A stretch of DNA of 64,000 nt from Eukaryota sp. GEM-RC1 (lineage: Eukaryota): the NCBI GenBank assembly GCA_040285855.1, contig JAUFOQ010000016.1, forward strand, positions 2,108,001 to 2,172,000, written 5' to 3'. Positions within the stretch are counted from its first letter, which is position 1; every line of letters starts with the position of its first letter. The position numbers and the translations under genes are program-made. This document shows positions 12,491 to 27,600 of this stretch, in pieces. Below the pieces are notes generated by a model, which was given only the letters and a program-made list of their open reading frames with translations, was not told where the DNA came from and ran no database searches.

Positions 12491-13109
12491 AAGAACATAC
12501 ATTTTCCTAAATACATTGAAACAGGAAACAAGCACTTTCCGTACCAATAAACCCTAACAGGTTGAAACATCGACTCTAACACGTGTTAATATGTGTGTAC
12601 CGTGTGAGCGATTTTTAAAAAGTTCTACATGGAAACGGCTTAAAAAGTTAAAAAAATCTGACGAACTTCAGTCGGTTAACCGAGTGTTACCAGAATTTGA
12701 AAGAGAAATTGGAACAGTCAAAATAGCACGTATGGTCTACATCCACTATTGAACTACCACGATACCAGTGATCTACTTAGTTTTATCACTATCATTTTCT
12801 CCTATTTCTCTTGTTGAAATTCATATTTAAATCGGGTTATGACAAAACTAAAGGAGCGTATTTCTGTCTTTCTGAAATCATCTTCAAACACTACATCTGC
12901 ATCTAAATACAGTGCATCTAAATACAGTGGATGGAAAACAGAACCGAACGAGTTGAACAAAGTATGTGTGACACAATTCAGATAGTTCACACTTTGAAGA
13001 AGCAAAACGGAAGTACATACCATTCCTGCTCTATCCACTATAAACGGAATAAACTCAAGCAATTTCAGCAAGGTAGACTACTAAAACCCAACAGAAACCA
13101 GGGATATAT

Positions 13110-15750
13110 GGAATAAAAACACTAAAATAAACACAAATACTAGAACTCAATATCATTAAAGCAACAATCATTGCCATTAAAACTCACATCAGCTTTTTCT
13201 TCATAAAAAACACTGAGAGCCAATAGAGCTTTTGAAATCATGATAGGAATCGTTTTAAATATTGTAAAAACAATACGATTCAACCAAAATTTGAAATCAA
13301 ATTTCTTGTTCATTCTTTTTTTAACCACTTTCTCAAAATCGGAGAGAAAACAAAGAGCATCTCTACCAAGTCGACCATAAATTGAAATTGCAAAAGGACA
13401 TAATTTGTACTCAACATGTCTTATATGTTTGAGAGCAGTCAGTGGTTCATCATATTTGTTTCTCTTGTATTGTTCTGAAAAATCCAGTGGAGAAACTTCA
13501 TTTTTACCATCTTTGAATGCACTTTTTTGCAAACATCCACAGTAATCACATCAACAACGGTTAGTTCATCGTTGCCTATGGAACTATGACATCAGCTCTT
13601 CTTTTACCAAAAGTCTTATCAGAATCACTATTTTTTGAATTATTGATTTCCAGTGACATCAACAGTCGCTCAACGAAAGGTTCGATTTTGTAGGACTTAC
13701 ACATGGCATGAATTTGATCTCTAACAGCATCAGTAAGTAATGAAACGATTACAACTCAAAACGTGAGAAAAAGTAACTAATTTACCACATTAGCATTGAA
13801 GATCATTGGGTAAATTAGAGGGCCACAGGAAACATCGAAGTCTGAATGTTGTAGTCCATTGGTGATCATTCAACAATAAACCATAAATCTGAGGAATTTG
13901 GTTAATCAAAGCAACTGAAGAACTGTCCTTCAAATCGATTAAAAAACTTGCGAAAGCTGGATTTTTTTCTTTGGCCGAGCCAAGTCGAATTTTAAAATCC
14001 AGACATTCAAAATGTTTTAAAAGGTGTTTTTGGAGTTTCTTAAGAGCAAATTTTAACGAAATGACACATCGTTCTGGTATTTCACAAATATCTGCTGGAA
14101 AACAAGTTTGCCAGAGGTCAGGTGAAATTAGCGACAATTCTGATCTCAAATTTACCAAGAAAAAACTACTTGTCGAAACAAGAAGATTTTCTTGACTTGG
14201 GTACCGTCTACAGAACTCAAAGACAAAATTCTTACCACCACCAATGAAAGCAGATTTGGTCCACCATTTAGACGAAGTGAAACCAATACCACCTAGATGA
14301 GGATCTGAGAAGATGTGATTGTTCAAAGCAGCAGGATCCACTGATAACAAAAATGCATGAAAGTCAGTACGAATTTTGTTAAAGCTTCTACAGAAGTTAT
14401 AGGTAAGTACAGGGGAGATAGCGAAGCAGATGGGTAACTTTTCCTGAATAACAAATTTTTAGCATAAATAATTTGAGATGTTTTTCCAATTGCAATTCCT
14501 TAATTTGATCTAATTCTTTTCGCATTGAATCCAAATATACATTCAGATCTTTAACAATGTTGTCATGTGAACCAAGATAACAACCTAGAAATCTAAAGCT
14601 TGAAGATAAATGGTTCACAAAGGGAACCTCTAAAGAATTAACAATTAAAGTTACAGGTACCTTGACAATCAAAAACATTTTTGCACATTTAATTGAAGTC
14701 CAATTGCATCGTACAAATCAGCAGCCTGATTCGCAATAACACGAAGAGTTGACATAGGAGCAATAAAAGAAATGTCATCCATATAAGCTACGATTTCTAA
14801 GTCTGCATGTTCTTCTTTGAGTTTTTTCAGGATTGGATGAATAGCCAAACAAAAATAGAAGGGACCAAGAGGATCTCCTTGTTTAACACCAGAAACAGAA
14901 TTAAGAACAAATGAATTAAAAACTAAGTCAGAAGAGTGACCATAAAAACAATGAAAAAGGTACCTAATTCTGGAAAACTCTTTTCCAATTCAGAACAAAT
15001 GGCAGATCGTTTAACAGAATTAAAAGCATTCTTAAAATCCAAATTGAAAATGCAATTATTTTCAACCGCATTGAAGAAAACACCAGAAGAAAGGGCAGCC
15101 ACGGAAGCTCCATCAATGGTTTTAATACCATATTGATAAGGTGAAAAGAAATCCTTGGCTTTGTTCGAAATTCTTCCAAAGACAACAGAAGCAAACAAAC
15201 GGTAAATAGCTTCACCGACAGCAATAGGACGGATTTTCTTGTTAGGCTTAATCAGTGCAACCAAACCAGAAGCAGACAACTCTTGAGGAGGAACAACCTT
15301 CGATAACAAAACATTGTTGAAAAAAAGACATAAATCTTCAACAATAAGTGAATTTTGACGTGAAACAGATTTGAGCATATCAAAAGTAATACCTGAAGGT
15401 CCAGGAGCTTTTCCTGAAGGGAGTTTTAAAATACAACTCATCAACTCATCCACTCTAATGGGGTTTTCTTTCCAATACAAAGAAGGCAAAGGCTTGACAG
15501 GAAAAAATTTTTCCAATGGATGAAGAGCCTGAATTTGAGAAACAGTGTCCTCAGAAACAGGAGCAAGATCTGATGAAGAAATGGCATTCTTAGCTGAACT
15601 ATACCTACCTCGAAGAAGTTGTTGACGTACAACTTTATCCTTTGGTAATTTCTTTGGAGCAAACACTTTCTTAGGGCGAGTACAGGATTGAGATTGTTTC
15701 TCAAGAAAAAACTTCCAGATGTGAAGAACATCCCAAGAACCTAGTGAAAG
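13110..15750 (-). mobile_element. CRE/SLACS-like non-LTR retrotransposon (RT plus restriction-like endonuclease), 5'-truncated and frameshifted
   Basis: KAPGPSG, IRPIAVGE, LDFKNAFNSV, GVKQGDPLGP (~14865-14893), AYMDD (~14775-14790), GGIGF, then PFAISIYGRLG in the REL region. Confidence 0.9.
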
Positions 15751-16924
15751 CGCAGGGATATTGCCGTTTAATATATGTTACTTACGTTTGCCAGTCAAGT
15801 TGTCATTCTGATGCTGACTCTTTGCTATGTACAGTCTGATTTTTTCATATTCACATACATCATTTAGTTGTATTTTCTTTTTAGCAAGATCTAAATTAAT
15901 AACAATAAGTACATAATATAGTAACTCTTTCCTAGTTCTATTTATTGTAAATGTACTAAACTAAACAACTAAAATTTGATATCATTAAAACAACACTCGT
16001 CGCTATCAAATCTTACAACAGCTTTGTCCTCATAAAACGAACTCACTGCTAGTATTTAATATGAAATAGTTCTTTTTATTCTCCCCTTTTCTATCTAGTT
16101 CCTTGGAGGATTCTTCGGACTACATGATCTCCAGTGAATGTGTTTTTGATAAGCAGAGACTGTCTACAAACACTCGGTGGATTTCTTCTCTTTTCCAGGT
16201 GCACAACACGAAGATTCAACAGCATTTTAACGGATGTTCTGTCTTCTTGACTACTTTTGTATTTGACAAATTGAATTTTTTCATGAATAATAGTCAACAG
16301 GTAGCTTGTAAACTCAAACAGATCTTCACATTCCACTGATGTTTAAAGACTAATGTAAACATAGAAGATATATTTGGCGTTAAATCAATTGAACTCACAA
16401 ACTCTTTATAGCAAAGAAATAGGAACCATTTTGATGACATAATATCTGTAGTAAACAAATTCAACAATGATCACAATGAATGATTTTCGCATCTCTATCA
16501 GCACCAACTAACAACAATTTACAAGACCATCAATATTGGATAATGCCAAATTATTTGTTTTACGGTCCAAAGAAAAAACATATCGAACATTAGAATATTT
16601 CTTTTTTTGTTAAACCGTATTCTGTTTCAACCCTCTATAAAACAGAGTAAAAACTACTACATCTCATTTCTTACCTAAAAACGATCTACCTTGAACTTAA
16701 TTGACTGAATCATTGAAAGACCGTATTACTGTATTTCTTTTATTAGAGTTGGTATGGACTGAATTTAACTATACGGTGTACATATACATAAAATCAAGGT
16801 AATTCACAAACTCATTGTAACAATTAAAATCATAAATCTCATACACAACAAACAAATTCCATAACGCACACATAACAATGAACATTTCAAGGACTCCTAA
16901 TAGCCCTTCTGGAGTAGGCTTTTG

Positions 16925-17556
16925 CTTTCAAGACTGCTGACCCAAAGTCTTGGAAACGAATGATTCCAGGGAGGATTGAATTTCATTGTTTTCAGTAGGA
17001 GTAGAAGGAGCGGATTCGACGGCAGAGTTACGAGAGGACTTTGTGAGAGGTTCTGGAGTTGTGGCTTCTTTGCTAACAACATTAGCTTCTTTAAGGTTCT
17101 TGTCCATTTTACTGCTTCTTTTCTTAACAATGTGAGTTTTTCATGAAAAACATTACGATCAATTGAATAAAACTCAGAAAGATCTTCGTTTTCTTCAGCA
17201 TTCATACCATACACTTTCTTAAAACGTGAAGAAATGTCCGGCACTTTGGCTCCTTTTGAAGCTAAATATTGAGTTCTAGAATTAATAAAGTGAACAATAT
17301 TCTCAAAAAAGTCTTCCTTAGATTGTACCAAGTCTGAGAGGAATTCATCATTGTTGGTACTTATAGAAAGTCCATTGGTGGCATTATCATGAGATCGTGA
17401 AAATAGAATATAATCCCCATTGGGACCAAGCTGGACACTTTTACCATCAACCCCTGTCGATGTATAACTAAAGACGTTATAAACATCCTGGTGTTTGTTC
17501 ATATTCTTTCTTCGGAAAGCATTAGAGCGTAGTTTCTTGTTGTAAGTGACAGACAT
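16925..17556 (-). CDS. Hypothetical protein (probable homopolymer frameshift near 17145)
   Basis: Long ORF with protein-like composition from the ATG at ~17556; a second frame continues VKKRSSKMDKNLKEANVV. No recognisable motif. Confidence 0.5.
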
Positions 17557-18873
17557 AGACGTAGCATCATCTGACGACTGAAATGAGAGTGAATAAAGAC
17601 ATGTACGAGACGTTGGATTTTTGAAGAAAAATATTTTTTCCGTCACTATCAATTAGATGACAAACAACAATATCTTACAAGATTGTTTGACCAAATTCTT
17701 TGAAACAGATCTTAATCAACAGATACAAGCATGGGGATGTATCAAATGCATGGCTATAGGAGAACTTAACTCGCTTGACAAATTGACATCACTTTTGTCT
17801 CACATACACCTTATGAGCTTTCATCCGAATCCTGAAAATGACTTAACTTCTTTATCTCCTTTAATCTCCATCTGCTCACATATACTGGCCAAGGGTAAGA
17901 CAATGCCGTCGATACCATTGTGGAACGTGGTATTCAAAATTGTTTGTTGTTGTTGCTCTAGTGTAGATGTTAAGAGAATGCTAAATTGTTTTCCTGTTTT
18001 TTTATTTGTGCTTAAAAATCTTTATAATAAAAATGTCTTCCGAAAAAAATCTTTACAAGTAATCTATAACACGTTGTTAATCACAAAGTCTGAAAGAATA
18101 TTGTTTCTCAATGATATTTCCGAATTTCTTTGGAGTGTTAAGGAATGTAATTTTTAAGATACTGAATGTATTGCTATTGCATATGGACAATTATACCTGA
18201 TGAACAAGATCTGTTTGAAAAAAAAAGTTGGTCAAACTATCTTCTAATATAATTGTTCATCGGATGTCATGAATTAACAGTGAATGAAAGTAATAAATAT
18301 AGCTACGTTCAAATAAGCTTGGTCTGTTAGCAGAGGATGTAAAAAGTTACTTTTTACATCACATTAAGATACTAATCAAGAGAGAAACAAATGTTAGTAT
18401 TGCATTCCTAATCTTTTTTAACATAAATAGTGCAAAAATGAGACAAAAGTGAAATGGAATCTTGAAGTAAGTCTGAATTTCTTAAAATATGATTGACAAA
18501 CAAACAATCCGTGTCAAACAAAGATAGAACCTCAACAATTTCGTCTCAATTAAAGAAGATAGAACAGTTGAAAGATGGAAACATTTTTGAAAAAAAGGAA
18601 CAAATATACATCCTTAACTACCAACTAAAAGAGACAGGAGAAACTCTTTCGTTCGAGGACGGTCACAATGAAAGCAGCAGGTGATACATCCAGGCAAGCC
18701 ATTCAAAGTAAGAGAAATGAGGAGAAACCGAGACTAAGAATTAGAATGAGACAAGCAATTACAATAACAGCAACATGACCAAAGTTTTCACTAGGAAAGA
18801 AGACAGCGATGATCAATGCAAAAGTCACTCTCAATGATGTAAGAGCAAATGAACACAGATTCTTCTTCACAAT

Positions 18874-19864
18874 ATGGATCTGCTCTTCACATCCAATCCA
18901 CCTTCAGACTGTTTGAGTCATGCTCTAAGTTACATGGAGATGTCATCCTTTGATTTCAATCACACTGTCTCTTTACCAAAGTCTCTTCTACACTGTGATC
19001 CTACCCAAACTGATTCTATCAGTCTCACATTAACTAAAAGAAAACCGAGCTGCTCTTCTATCTGTTGGCTTATCCCCTGAACCCTTGTTGTCTCTATTCC
19101 TCAACGATGTTTACTCCAAAACTCCTTCAAATCCAACTCTCGACTCCGTAACTGATCTCTTCAACCTCTCCAACAAATGGGTTAACTTCCTTACTCATTC
19201 ACTGGAGTATTCATCTACATCTCTTACTGACAGTGGGAAACGAGAAGCATCACATCTCCTATCACGTTTACTGTCATGTGCGGAGTACATTTCCTGTCAC
19301 GATCCCTCTTTCAATACGTCATTTTGTTCTTTCTTTGTCAGCACCTGCAGAAAGCTCACCATTGATCCTTGCTACCCTCTCTTTCTCTACTGCTTCCCAG
19401 ATCACGCCCTCTCCATCATCCCCACTTCCACTGACTTTCCCCCATATCTATCCAACTCTTGTAACCTTGCCCCTTTAATAATTAAAGGGGCTGTGTTACT
19501 CTCAGCTAAGAAAACCTCTCTGACTTCTCTGCTGTACATCTCCCTACTTCTCTTCTTAGCTGAAGAACATGGTAACACTGACTCTCTGCCCTTAGCTTCG
19601 TACTTTGCTATCTCTTCAGATCTTCCATCTTCTCTATCTGAATGTATTGAGCGCTTGGAGGTTGAGACTCGACTGGAGCTTGACTCTGGTGATAGTTCTT
19701 TGCCATGTAGTTTTGTCATTGATACAACTGGTACGTTAGATCAAGAAGCTCAAAAAGAAGAGGTCAGTGAGGAATGGGCAAGTATACGTGATGTGATGTC
19801 GATGGTTGGGGTTTCCACGGAGGAGAGAATTAACACTGATGATCTGCAAGACCTTGATGCTTAG
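18874..19864 (+). CDS. Hypothetical protein (ORFs 18874 and 19085 joined at C4 ~19074-19077)
   Basis: Contiguous ORFs that join by removing one C; acidic C-terminus; no recognisable family. Confidence 0.55.
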
Positions 19865-20335
19865 ATACTTTGTTGTTTTTTAAAATTTTGATGCCTTCTT
19901 AAGATGTTTTTTAATGAGGGATTTATCTGTCGATCACTACTTTGTTGTAGTAATTAGAATAAATTAGTTTTTTTTCCATTTGTATTTCGAGTTAGATCTA
20001 GTTTGATAAGAGTTATTATTAGGTGGACGTCACAATCCTTTTGTTTTCCATTCAATTGATATAGAACTGTATTTTACGCAATTTTGAAATGAGATCTTTT
20101 GAATTAAAGTTTTCGTTCATTTTGTGGAAAATTGATTTACCAGAATGCGAAGAATTATAAAGAGAGATTTTGGTACCTCGATTTTTTGTAGAAATCGATT
20201 GTTTACAGAAATGGAAAAAACAACACGTGGTTAACGGCTGGAACAATTTCTGATCCGTAAATTGTCTTTGAACTAGAAATCCAAAGAATACGTTCTCACA
20301 GAAGATTGAAGAAACAATTTACCTGCGACTAGGAG

Positions 20336-20752
20336 ATGTCTGCGACAATTGAAAAGAAAAAACCAGATATCTTTTCTCAATTGATGTTGGTCGTTAGCAA
20401 GGTGCCGTATAACGGACGAGAGTCCTACATTGTTGCGGAATACGTTGCTGAGTTTGAGGGCTTGGTCGTCATTAAAGACATTAGACCGGAACCCTTTGAA
20501 GACAAAACACAATGGGAGGTCCCAAAGAAATCAGTTAAACAATGGCCTCAACGAGGCCAACTGCCGAGTTTAAAAAAAGGAGATACAGTTTACTCTCAAT
20601 GGTGGTGTCCAGACGTTGAACCAGGATTTTCTTCAATGTTTTATAAAGCAAAAGTCATTGAAGCAGATGAAAATACTGGCCGTGTGGATGTTGTTTTTGA
20701 AGGAGAATCTGCTGTTGTACCAATCCCGAGAGACAAAATGTTCATTGAATAA
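20336..20752 (+). CDS. Tudor-domain protein, SGF29-like
   Basis: KKGDTVYSQW..SSMFYKAKVI..VDVVFEG resembles the SGF29 C-terminal Tudor domain. Confidence 0.6.
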   Translation: MSATIEKKKPDIFSQLMLVVSKVPYNGRESYIVAEYVAEFEGLVVIKDIRPEPFEDKTQWEVPKKSVKQWPQRGQLPSLKKGDTVYSQWWCPDVEPGFSSMFYKAKVIEADENTGRVDVVFEGESAVVPIPRDKMFIE

Positions 20753-21238
20753 AAAACTCGCTTGTTTAAGCGTTGGCAAGATAAAAAACTATGTATTAAA
20801 AACTAAAAGTGAACACAAAACAGACTAGTACTGTATAAGCATAACTCAAGACAAATAGCCATAACAACTGTGCTGCTGAGCGAGATCGCGTATTGTTAGT
20901 CTGCGTTTTCAATCACTTCTGCTAGGACAAGGCAAAAGAAACACTGTTAAAGCAGACATATCACCTTATTCTTCAGTATTGGTGTGAAAACCTAGATCAA
21001 CACCACAGATGTAGTTGACTGTCCTTCTAATTTGCAATTGGACATTGCAATTTGCAGATGTACATGTCAGCGATGCGAAAGAATTAATTTAATTATAATT
21101 TATTGAATTAATTCCCTGAGAATTAATTAATTCTAGCCGCTTAGAATTATAATTAATTAGATGTTACACCTTAGAATTATAATTAATTAACGGCAATTAC
21201 TAGAATTAATTTTATAATTTTCTTTTCTTCACCTTATG

Positions 21239-22103
21239 CAGGGATCGAAAAAATATATTGCAATATATTTCTAGCATAAAAAATGCACAATAAATATATT
21301 GGAAAATGTGATCATTGCAATAAATATATTGGAAACTGAGATGATTGCAATATTTTGGGTAAAATTTAGTTCGTGAAAATGTAAGAAATTGAGACGTCCT
21401 GCTGAAATTTACTGACTGAAAATCAACCACATCAGAGCTTTTAGTCAGTTACGCTTTCAGATACATGTATAAGAACATTAATTATACTTCTTAACGTACT
21501 GTAAATCTTGACACCGCTTCTGATCATAATGTACACTCACACTTCACAACTCATCTTTCTACTTTGCTCTTCTGTTGGTATCAATACTTGTTTACTTCAA
21601 TGGTTCCTATGATGTGATGTATGCGTGTTTCAACTTTTTAGCGATTCGTCACGTACGTATACCACGTTCATTACAGTCCCACCTACTATAGTATAAAACT
21701 TCCCGCTTCTTGGTACATACTTTGGGCAGGGATCGAAAAAAATAAATTGTATTGCGGGGTGCCACAATGATTGGGACGTGTCTTTATTGATACGTAAATA
21801 AACACATGTACCAGTTTCCACAAATCTCATTGCTTGAAGTATGTGCTGAGTGATGACAATAGAGATGTAGAAACCAACTGTAGGTCCCATTTTAACTTCT
21901 TTGGACTTGGAGTGGATATGCAGTGAAAGAAAGTGTTCTTATGAACAAGACTTGTTAGAGTTACTCTGCATAAATCTCGTTGTGACATATTGCAATAAAC
22001 CCTTTGCTGCAATAAATATAATGCGCATCAAAAGCCGTGTAATATTTATTGCAATATAATTTATTTCAATATATTGCAATACAATTTATTTTTTCGATCC
22101 CTG
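21239..22103. mobile_element. Non-autonomous hAT element (MITE)
   Basis: TIR cagggatcgaaaaaata / tattttttcgatccctg, perfect 8-bp TSD accttatg (21231-21238, 22104-22111) and ATTGCAAT subterminal repeats. Confidence 0.9.
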
Positions 22104-22519
22104 ACCTTATGTCGTCTTCTCCAACTCCCAAAGAGATAACCTTGTTCTTTTTTACCTTTGTTGAACCACAACCCGATGTTCCTGATGGAAAGCCTAATAC
22201 CTCACGTCTTTATCAATGTAAAAGGTGCGACTTTACAACCTGGATTGCTAAAGGCTACCAAACCTAGCACAACATGCACGAGGAAGAAGTTGCAAGTTTC
22301 AGAAGTTCCTCTACACAAGGCCAAAAGAATGTTGGACGTTCTACATGAGGAATATCCAGCTATGTAATCTTACACATGTTATAGCCCGGCATCACCAATC
22401 TTTGAGTCCCCCGACTTTGAAAATGGAGTAATCAAGATACTTGAAGGATATGAGAGAGAACTCACTGATGCAGAAAAGGCATCAGTCAGTAAACTGAAAA
22501 GAATTCCTCCCACTGAAAA

Positions 22520-22828
22520 TTTTTTTTATATCGAATTATTTATTCTAAAAGTAATAGACAACAACACTACAGTGTACATACATCTAATAATCAATATCCT
22601 CAAAGTCCAGATTGCGTAACTGGAAATTTTCACCTACCTTATCTTCATAATGTCTGCCAAGAGATAATAAAGCACTAGATACAGAAGTCACCATACCTTT
22701 AAAGATAGCAAACACGATTCGATTTTTCCAAAATCTAAGATCAAAAGTCCTAGATGTTTTTTCTTTTACAATCTTCACAAAGATTTCAAGTAATGATGTC
22801 GCAGATTCACCTAAAGAACCATACAGTT
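22520..22828 (-). mobile_element. 3' fragment with A-tail of a CRE-like retrotransposon
   Basis: ORF FDLRFWKNRIVFAIFK is homologous to the C-termini of the other RT-REL copies; T8 run at ~22520. Confidence 0.75.
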
Positions 22829-22829
22829 T

Positions 22830-24690
22830 TTATAAGAATGCCTTCAATTCAATCTTTCGCTCAAGTATTTTCTCTGAATTGGAACAACACTTTCCACCCC
22901 TTTACCATATTTTAAATTGATGTACGGATCTCCATCTGATCTTCTTTTCATTCTAAAGTAATTTCTTCAACAAGAGGAGTTAAACAAGGGGATCCTTTAG
23001 GACCCTTTTTCTTTTGTTTGGCTCTTCAATCCATTTTAGTTAAGTTTAAAGATAGATTTCCTGATATTCATTTGTGTGCTTACGCTGATGATTCTTCACT
23101 GATTGGTCCTTTAAGTTCTCTTAAGGATGGTTTAAAACATTTTGTAAGTTTATCTCAATCAATTGGTTTAGAAATTAAACTACCTAAATGTTTTCTTATT
23201 GGTAAGCGGTTTGCGGAACTTATGTATGGTGAGCAATCTATCCAGTTTGTGGACTATAACACTGAAGCTGTCCGTTTTTTGGGTTCCTATTTTGGCAATT
23301 CTTTGCAGATTGAGAGTGTGATCAAGAATTATCTTCAGAAAATCAAAGTTCAATTGCAGACTATACAAGATCTCAAGATCGATAACCACTTGGCTTTTTC
23401 AGTACTTTCGGTCTGTTTTGGATCGAAAATCAATCATCTTCTTATATCTTTACCATCTGAGCTTTCTCTTGGTTTTGCTCGTGAGTTCAACTCTTTGAGA
23501 ACTCAATTTTTAGGGCATTTGGTTGAAATCAATTGTTCCAAAATTCCTTATCATGCCCTTTTCAGTTCAAAATTTGGTGGTGTTGGTTTTCAAGAGCTGA
23601 ATATTTATGTAAAAGTGCTTTCGTTGGTGGTATGAAGAACGTTCATTTTGAGAGTAAACTTCGGTTCGAAAATATTTTCGATTTAGTTGTAGACGGCTCT
23701 TACGCTTTATTGAACTCTTTGGAGGAGTTAGTTCAAGGTTGGCCTATTAAAGTATGGAACAAAAGTTTCCCGAAAAGCGTTTCATCTATTCCTGATAGGT
23801 CAATTGAATTTCTTCCTCTTGCTGTAGTTAAGTTACAGAATGCTACATTACTTGGGTTGGAAGACTTGGATTTTAGTAAAAGACTTAGTGTGACTAAGAT
23901 TGATAATCCCGTCTTTGCAGCTTTTTTATGTGACATTCAACAACCTAGACCTTTTGGTTTACATTTGAACAATGATGCTTGGAAGCAAAATATGCGTCTT
24001 CGTTTAGGTTTATTCCCTAGTGGTTTGCTAAATAATTCAATCTGTGTTTGCGATAATCGATCTACAGCCACATTTCGTCATGTTGTTAGTTGCAAGAAAT
24101 TTTTGCAATTTCGATCTGTTCTACATAACGCTGTTCGTGACGTTACTTATGAAATGTTCAAATCCTACATTTATAGTTGTAAAATTGAACCTCTTCTGAA
24201 ACATTATAGTGACAATAACGTGTTTGATTCTCGGCGTGGTGACTTAATTGCTCCTTTCCTGGATTCATCTCAAGTTGTGGATGATTTTACTGCAGTTGAC
24301 CCGTTTGCAAAAGTCTACCAAGATTCCATATTGAATGATTCGAATGGTCATCTGGAAAAGGCTGAACAACGAAAGTGTTCAAATTATGCGGATACTTTGC
24401 AGAAGCTTAATGAACATCTATATTCTAAGTTTTCATTTGTTCCATTTGCCATTTCAATTTTTGGTAATATTGGTCCAGCCGGTTTAAAGTTTTTCAGTGA
24501 TTTTAGTCTTTTATGTCGTTCTAATGGCAAGGTGTTTAATAGCGCTGTATGGATTAATCGAATTATGTTCGCTCTTTATAGAAGCATTCCCAAGTATTTA
24601 CCATTTATTCGAAATTGTATAGGGACAATTCTCGTGTTGATGTGGAGAATTTAACTTCTTTCATTTTCTGAATTAGTATGTATTAATTTA
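22830..24690 (+). mobile_element. CRE/SLACS-like non-LTR retrotransposon, 5'-truncated
   Basis: KNAFNSI, GVKQGDPLGP, AYADD, FLGS, GGVGF, C-x-C..H..C finger, RRGD..DFTAVD..EQRK REL motifs. Confidence 0.9.
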
Positions 24691-27600
24691 TTGTTGCAAA
24701 TAAACTCTCATATACAGTGAAAATACAAAAGGGTACAACAAGTAATTCGAGTGTGAAGCCGAATTCAATAATTTCAATTTAGCACAATATTTTTGCATTT
24801 TAAATTTTTCACCAATAAACAAGGGGTTTTTAGCATTAGATTTAGCAAGTTTCTTGTTGGAATCATTACAAACATCGATAGACATAACATCAGCAATAAT
24901 GAAAGATCCGTCAAGACCAGGAAATATGACATCACCGCGGCTATTTCCAAACGATTTGTCAACAGCTGTATCATCAAACAAACCAGCCAGAACTGGTTCT
25001 AAAAAGGAAACTATTCCACAAGATTTACACATACAATAAAATTGATCCCTTACTGAATCATGAACCTTACTTCTAAAAGAAATAAAACGGTTACAATTCA
25101 ATAAATGTGTAGGTGTTACAGATTGCCCACATTGGCATTTCAAATTATGTGGAAGGTTATCAGGCCAAATATATGACCGTAAACGCATGTTTAATGACCA
25201 AGAGTTATCATCAAGACGAAGACCGTAAACTTGAGGGATTTGAGTAATCAGACATGAAGCAGAGCTATTAGAAACATCCATTAAGAAATTTGCAAAAGCG
25301 GGATTTTTTTCCTTGACCATACCAAGTCGAACATTATAATCCAAGCTTTCAAAAATATTTGTGAGTTTCTGTTGTAATTTTTTCAGACAGAACTGAAGAT
25401 TAGTCGAAGATCTTTCAGGTATTTCAGACACAGATTCTGGGAAACACTGAGACCAAACGTCAAAAGGTAATTTGATTAACGCTTCGTTTAAGTCAAATAA
25501 ATATTTACATGAATTGGGGTTAATAACGGAAATATCCTTAGGAGATCGATTAACAAATTCAAAGATGAAATTTTTCCACCGCCTAAAAAAGCAGATTTGC
25601 AAAGAATTGATGATTTGGTAAAACCAATACCACCAAAATGAGCAGAAGTAAACAAATGACTCCTAAGTAACGTTGAATCAACTTCTAACAATGAAGCAAA
25701 AAATTAATCCTCAACTCGTTAAAAGATCTACAAAAGTTCAGAGCGATTGAAGGAGCAATAGATCTCAAAAGATGTGTGATTTTTCCGGAGTAGCAAATTT
25801 TTAAAATAAAAAACTTGATATGTTTTTCAATATCATATGAAGAAATTGTGTTGAGTTCTGAACCAATTTTGTCCAAACAATTAGATAATTCTTGAGAAAT
25901 TTTAGGAACATTCCCAAGCCAACATCCTAGAAAACGAAAAGCATCTTCAACATAATTGATAAATGGAATCTGAACTCCATTAATAAATAATTTTTGGGCA
26001 GATCTACCAATTAATACACATTTGTCTGGGTTCAGAGATAAACCTAATGTTTCATAAATATCAGCCTCTTCCACAGCGACTTTTTTTAACAATTCAAGTG
26101 GACCAATAATAAGAATATCATCCATATAGCCAACTATCTTAAGGTCCGGGTATTTTTTTACAATACACAAAAGCGAATCATGAATAGCCAAACAAAAGAA
26201 AAAGAGGACCAAGAGGATCTCCTTGTTTGACACCAGACATAGATTTCAATGAATATGAATCATAAATTAAATCGCTTGGTTTTCCATAAAATAAATAAAA
26301 GTAGGATGTCAACTCAAGAAAGTCTTTTTCAATAGCAGCAAAAACAGATTTACGACTGACTGAATTAAAGGCATTTTTAAAATCAACATTAAAAATGAAA
26401 TTATCATCATGTGAATTGAAGAACAAATTCGATGTTAAGGCAGCAACAGAAGCCCCGTCATTTGTCTTAATTCCAAATTGAAATGGAGACAAAAAGCGAC
26501 CCGCTTTATCGACCACTCGATTAAACACAATTGATGCGAATAAACGAGAAATTGATTCTCCAACTGCAATTGGACGGATTCCATCAGGCTTAATTCCGTT
26601 ACCTGGTTTTACTAAAGCAATAAGTCGAGCAGCAGTCAATTCAATTGGAGGAATAACTTTCAAACAAACCATCTGTTGAAAGTAATTAGCAAGATCTTTA
26701 GAAATTTCTGGAGCTGCCTTGCAAGCAGCTTTCAACAAATCAAATGAAATGCCTGAAGGTCCAGCTGCTTTACCTTTAGGAAGTCTAGCAATAGCATTTG
26801 CAACTTCAGTTGGGAAAATAGGATTATCAATCCAGAATTGACAAATTTGAAATTTAACGCACAAAAACTCTTCTTTTGGATACAAGTTGACCAATTTCTG
26901 AACCGTTTCAGAATTTGGAATAGCCATTGCTGAAGAAAAGATAGACTTAACTCCAGAACCATAACGACCACGAAGACATAATTTTCCGACGACCTTACGG
27001 TTGGAAAATGATTTAGCCTTTTCAGAACTTGATTTCCTTAACATCCTTTTGTTCTTTTTGGCAAAGAACTTCCAGACCCTCGTGATGTTCCACCGGTTCT
27101 GGTTCAGGTTTGAAGTAAAAGATTGTAATTCCATAGCAAGAGGAATAGAAGCCGAAGGACTGGATTCAACTGGAATTTTGACTGGACAACGTAAAGAATC
27201 GATCGTTGTACAAGATTTACAAAAAAGAAGGGGTCTACCATTAAACACATCAGTCACAATTTTATGACAAAAGGGCAACTAGAAGAATTTTTAGTCGCTG
27301 GTTTTTCTTTCAAGTCACTAACTGAAGCAAGAAGTAAGTCAGCGGAATCAAGGTCTTCAGAATTAGGAGTATCAAACGAGTCAAGGTCAAGAGATGAATT
27401 GAGAGAAAAGGAATCAGACTGAAGTTTTAACTGTTCTTCTTTGGCTACTGGACATGTTGTTATACAATGGCCAGACTGGCCACAATTAGAACAACACCTA
27501 GAAGTCTTAATTGGTTTCAATGAAATTTCTTTTACAATTAAATCAGGTTGAACAGGAGGGTCAACAACATCACAGGAAGCTTTAAACTTCGAAGAGCGTG

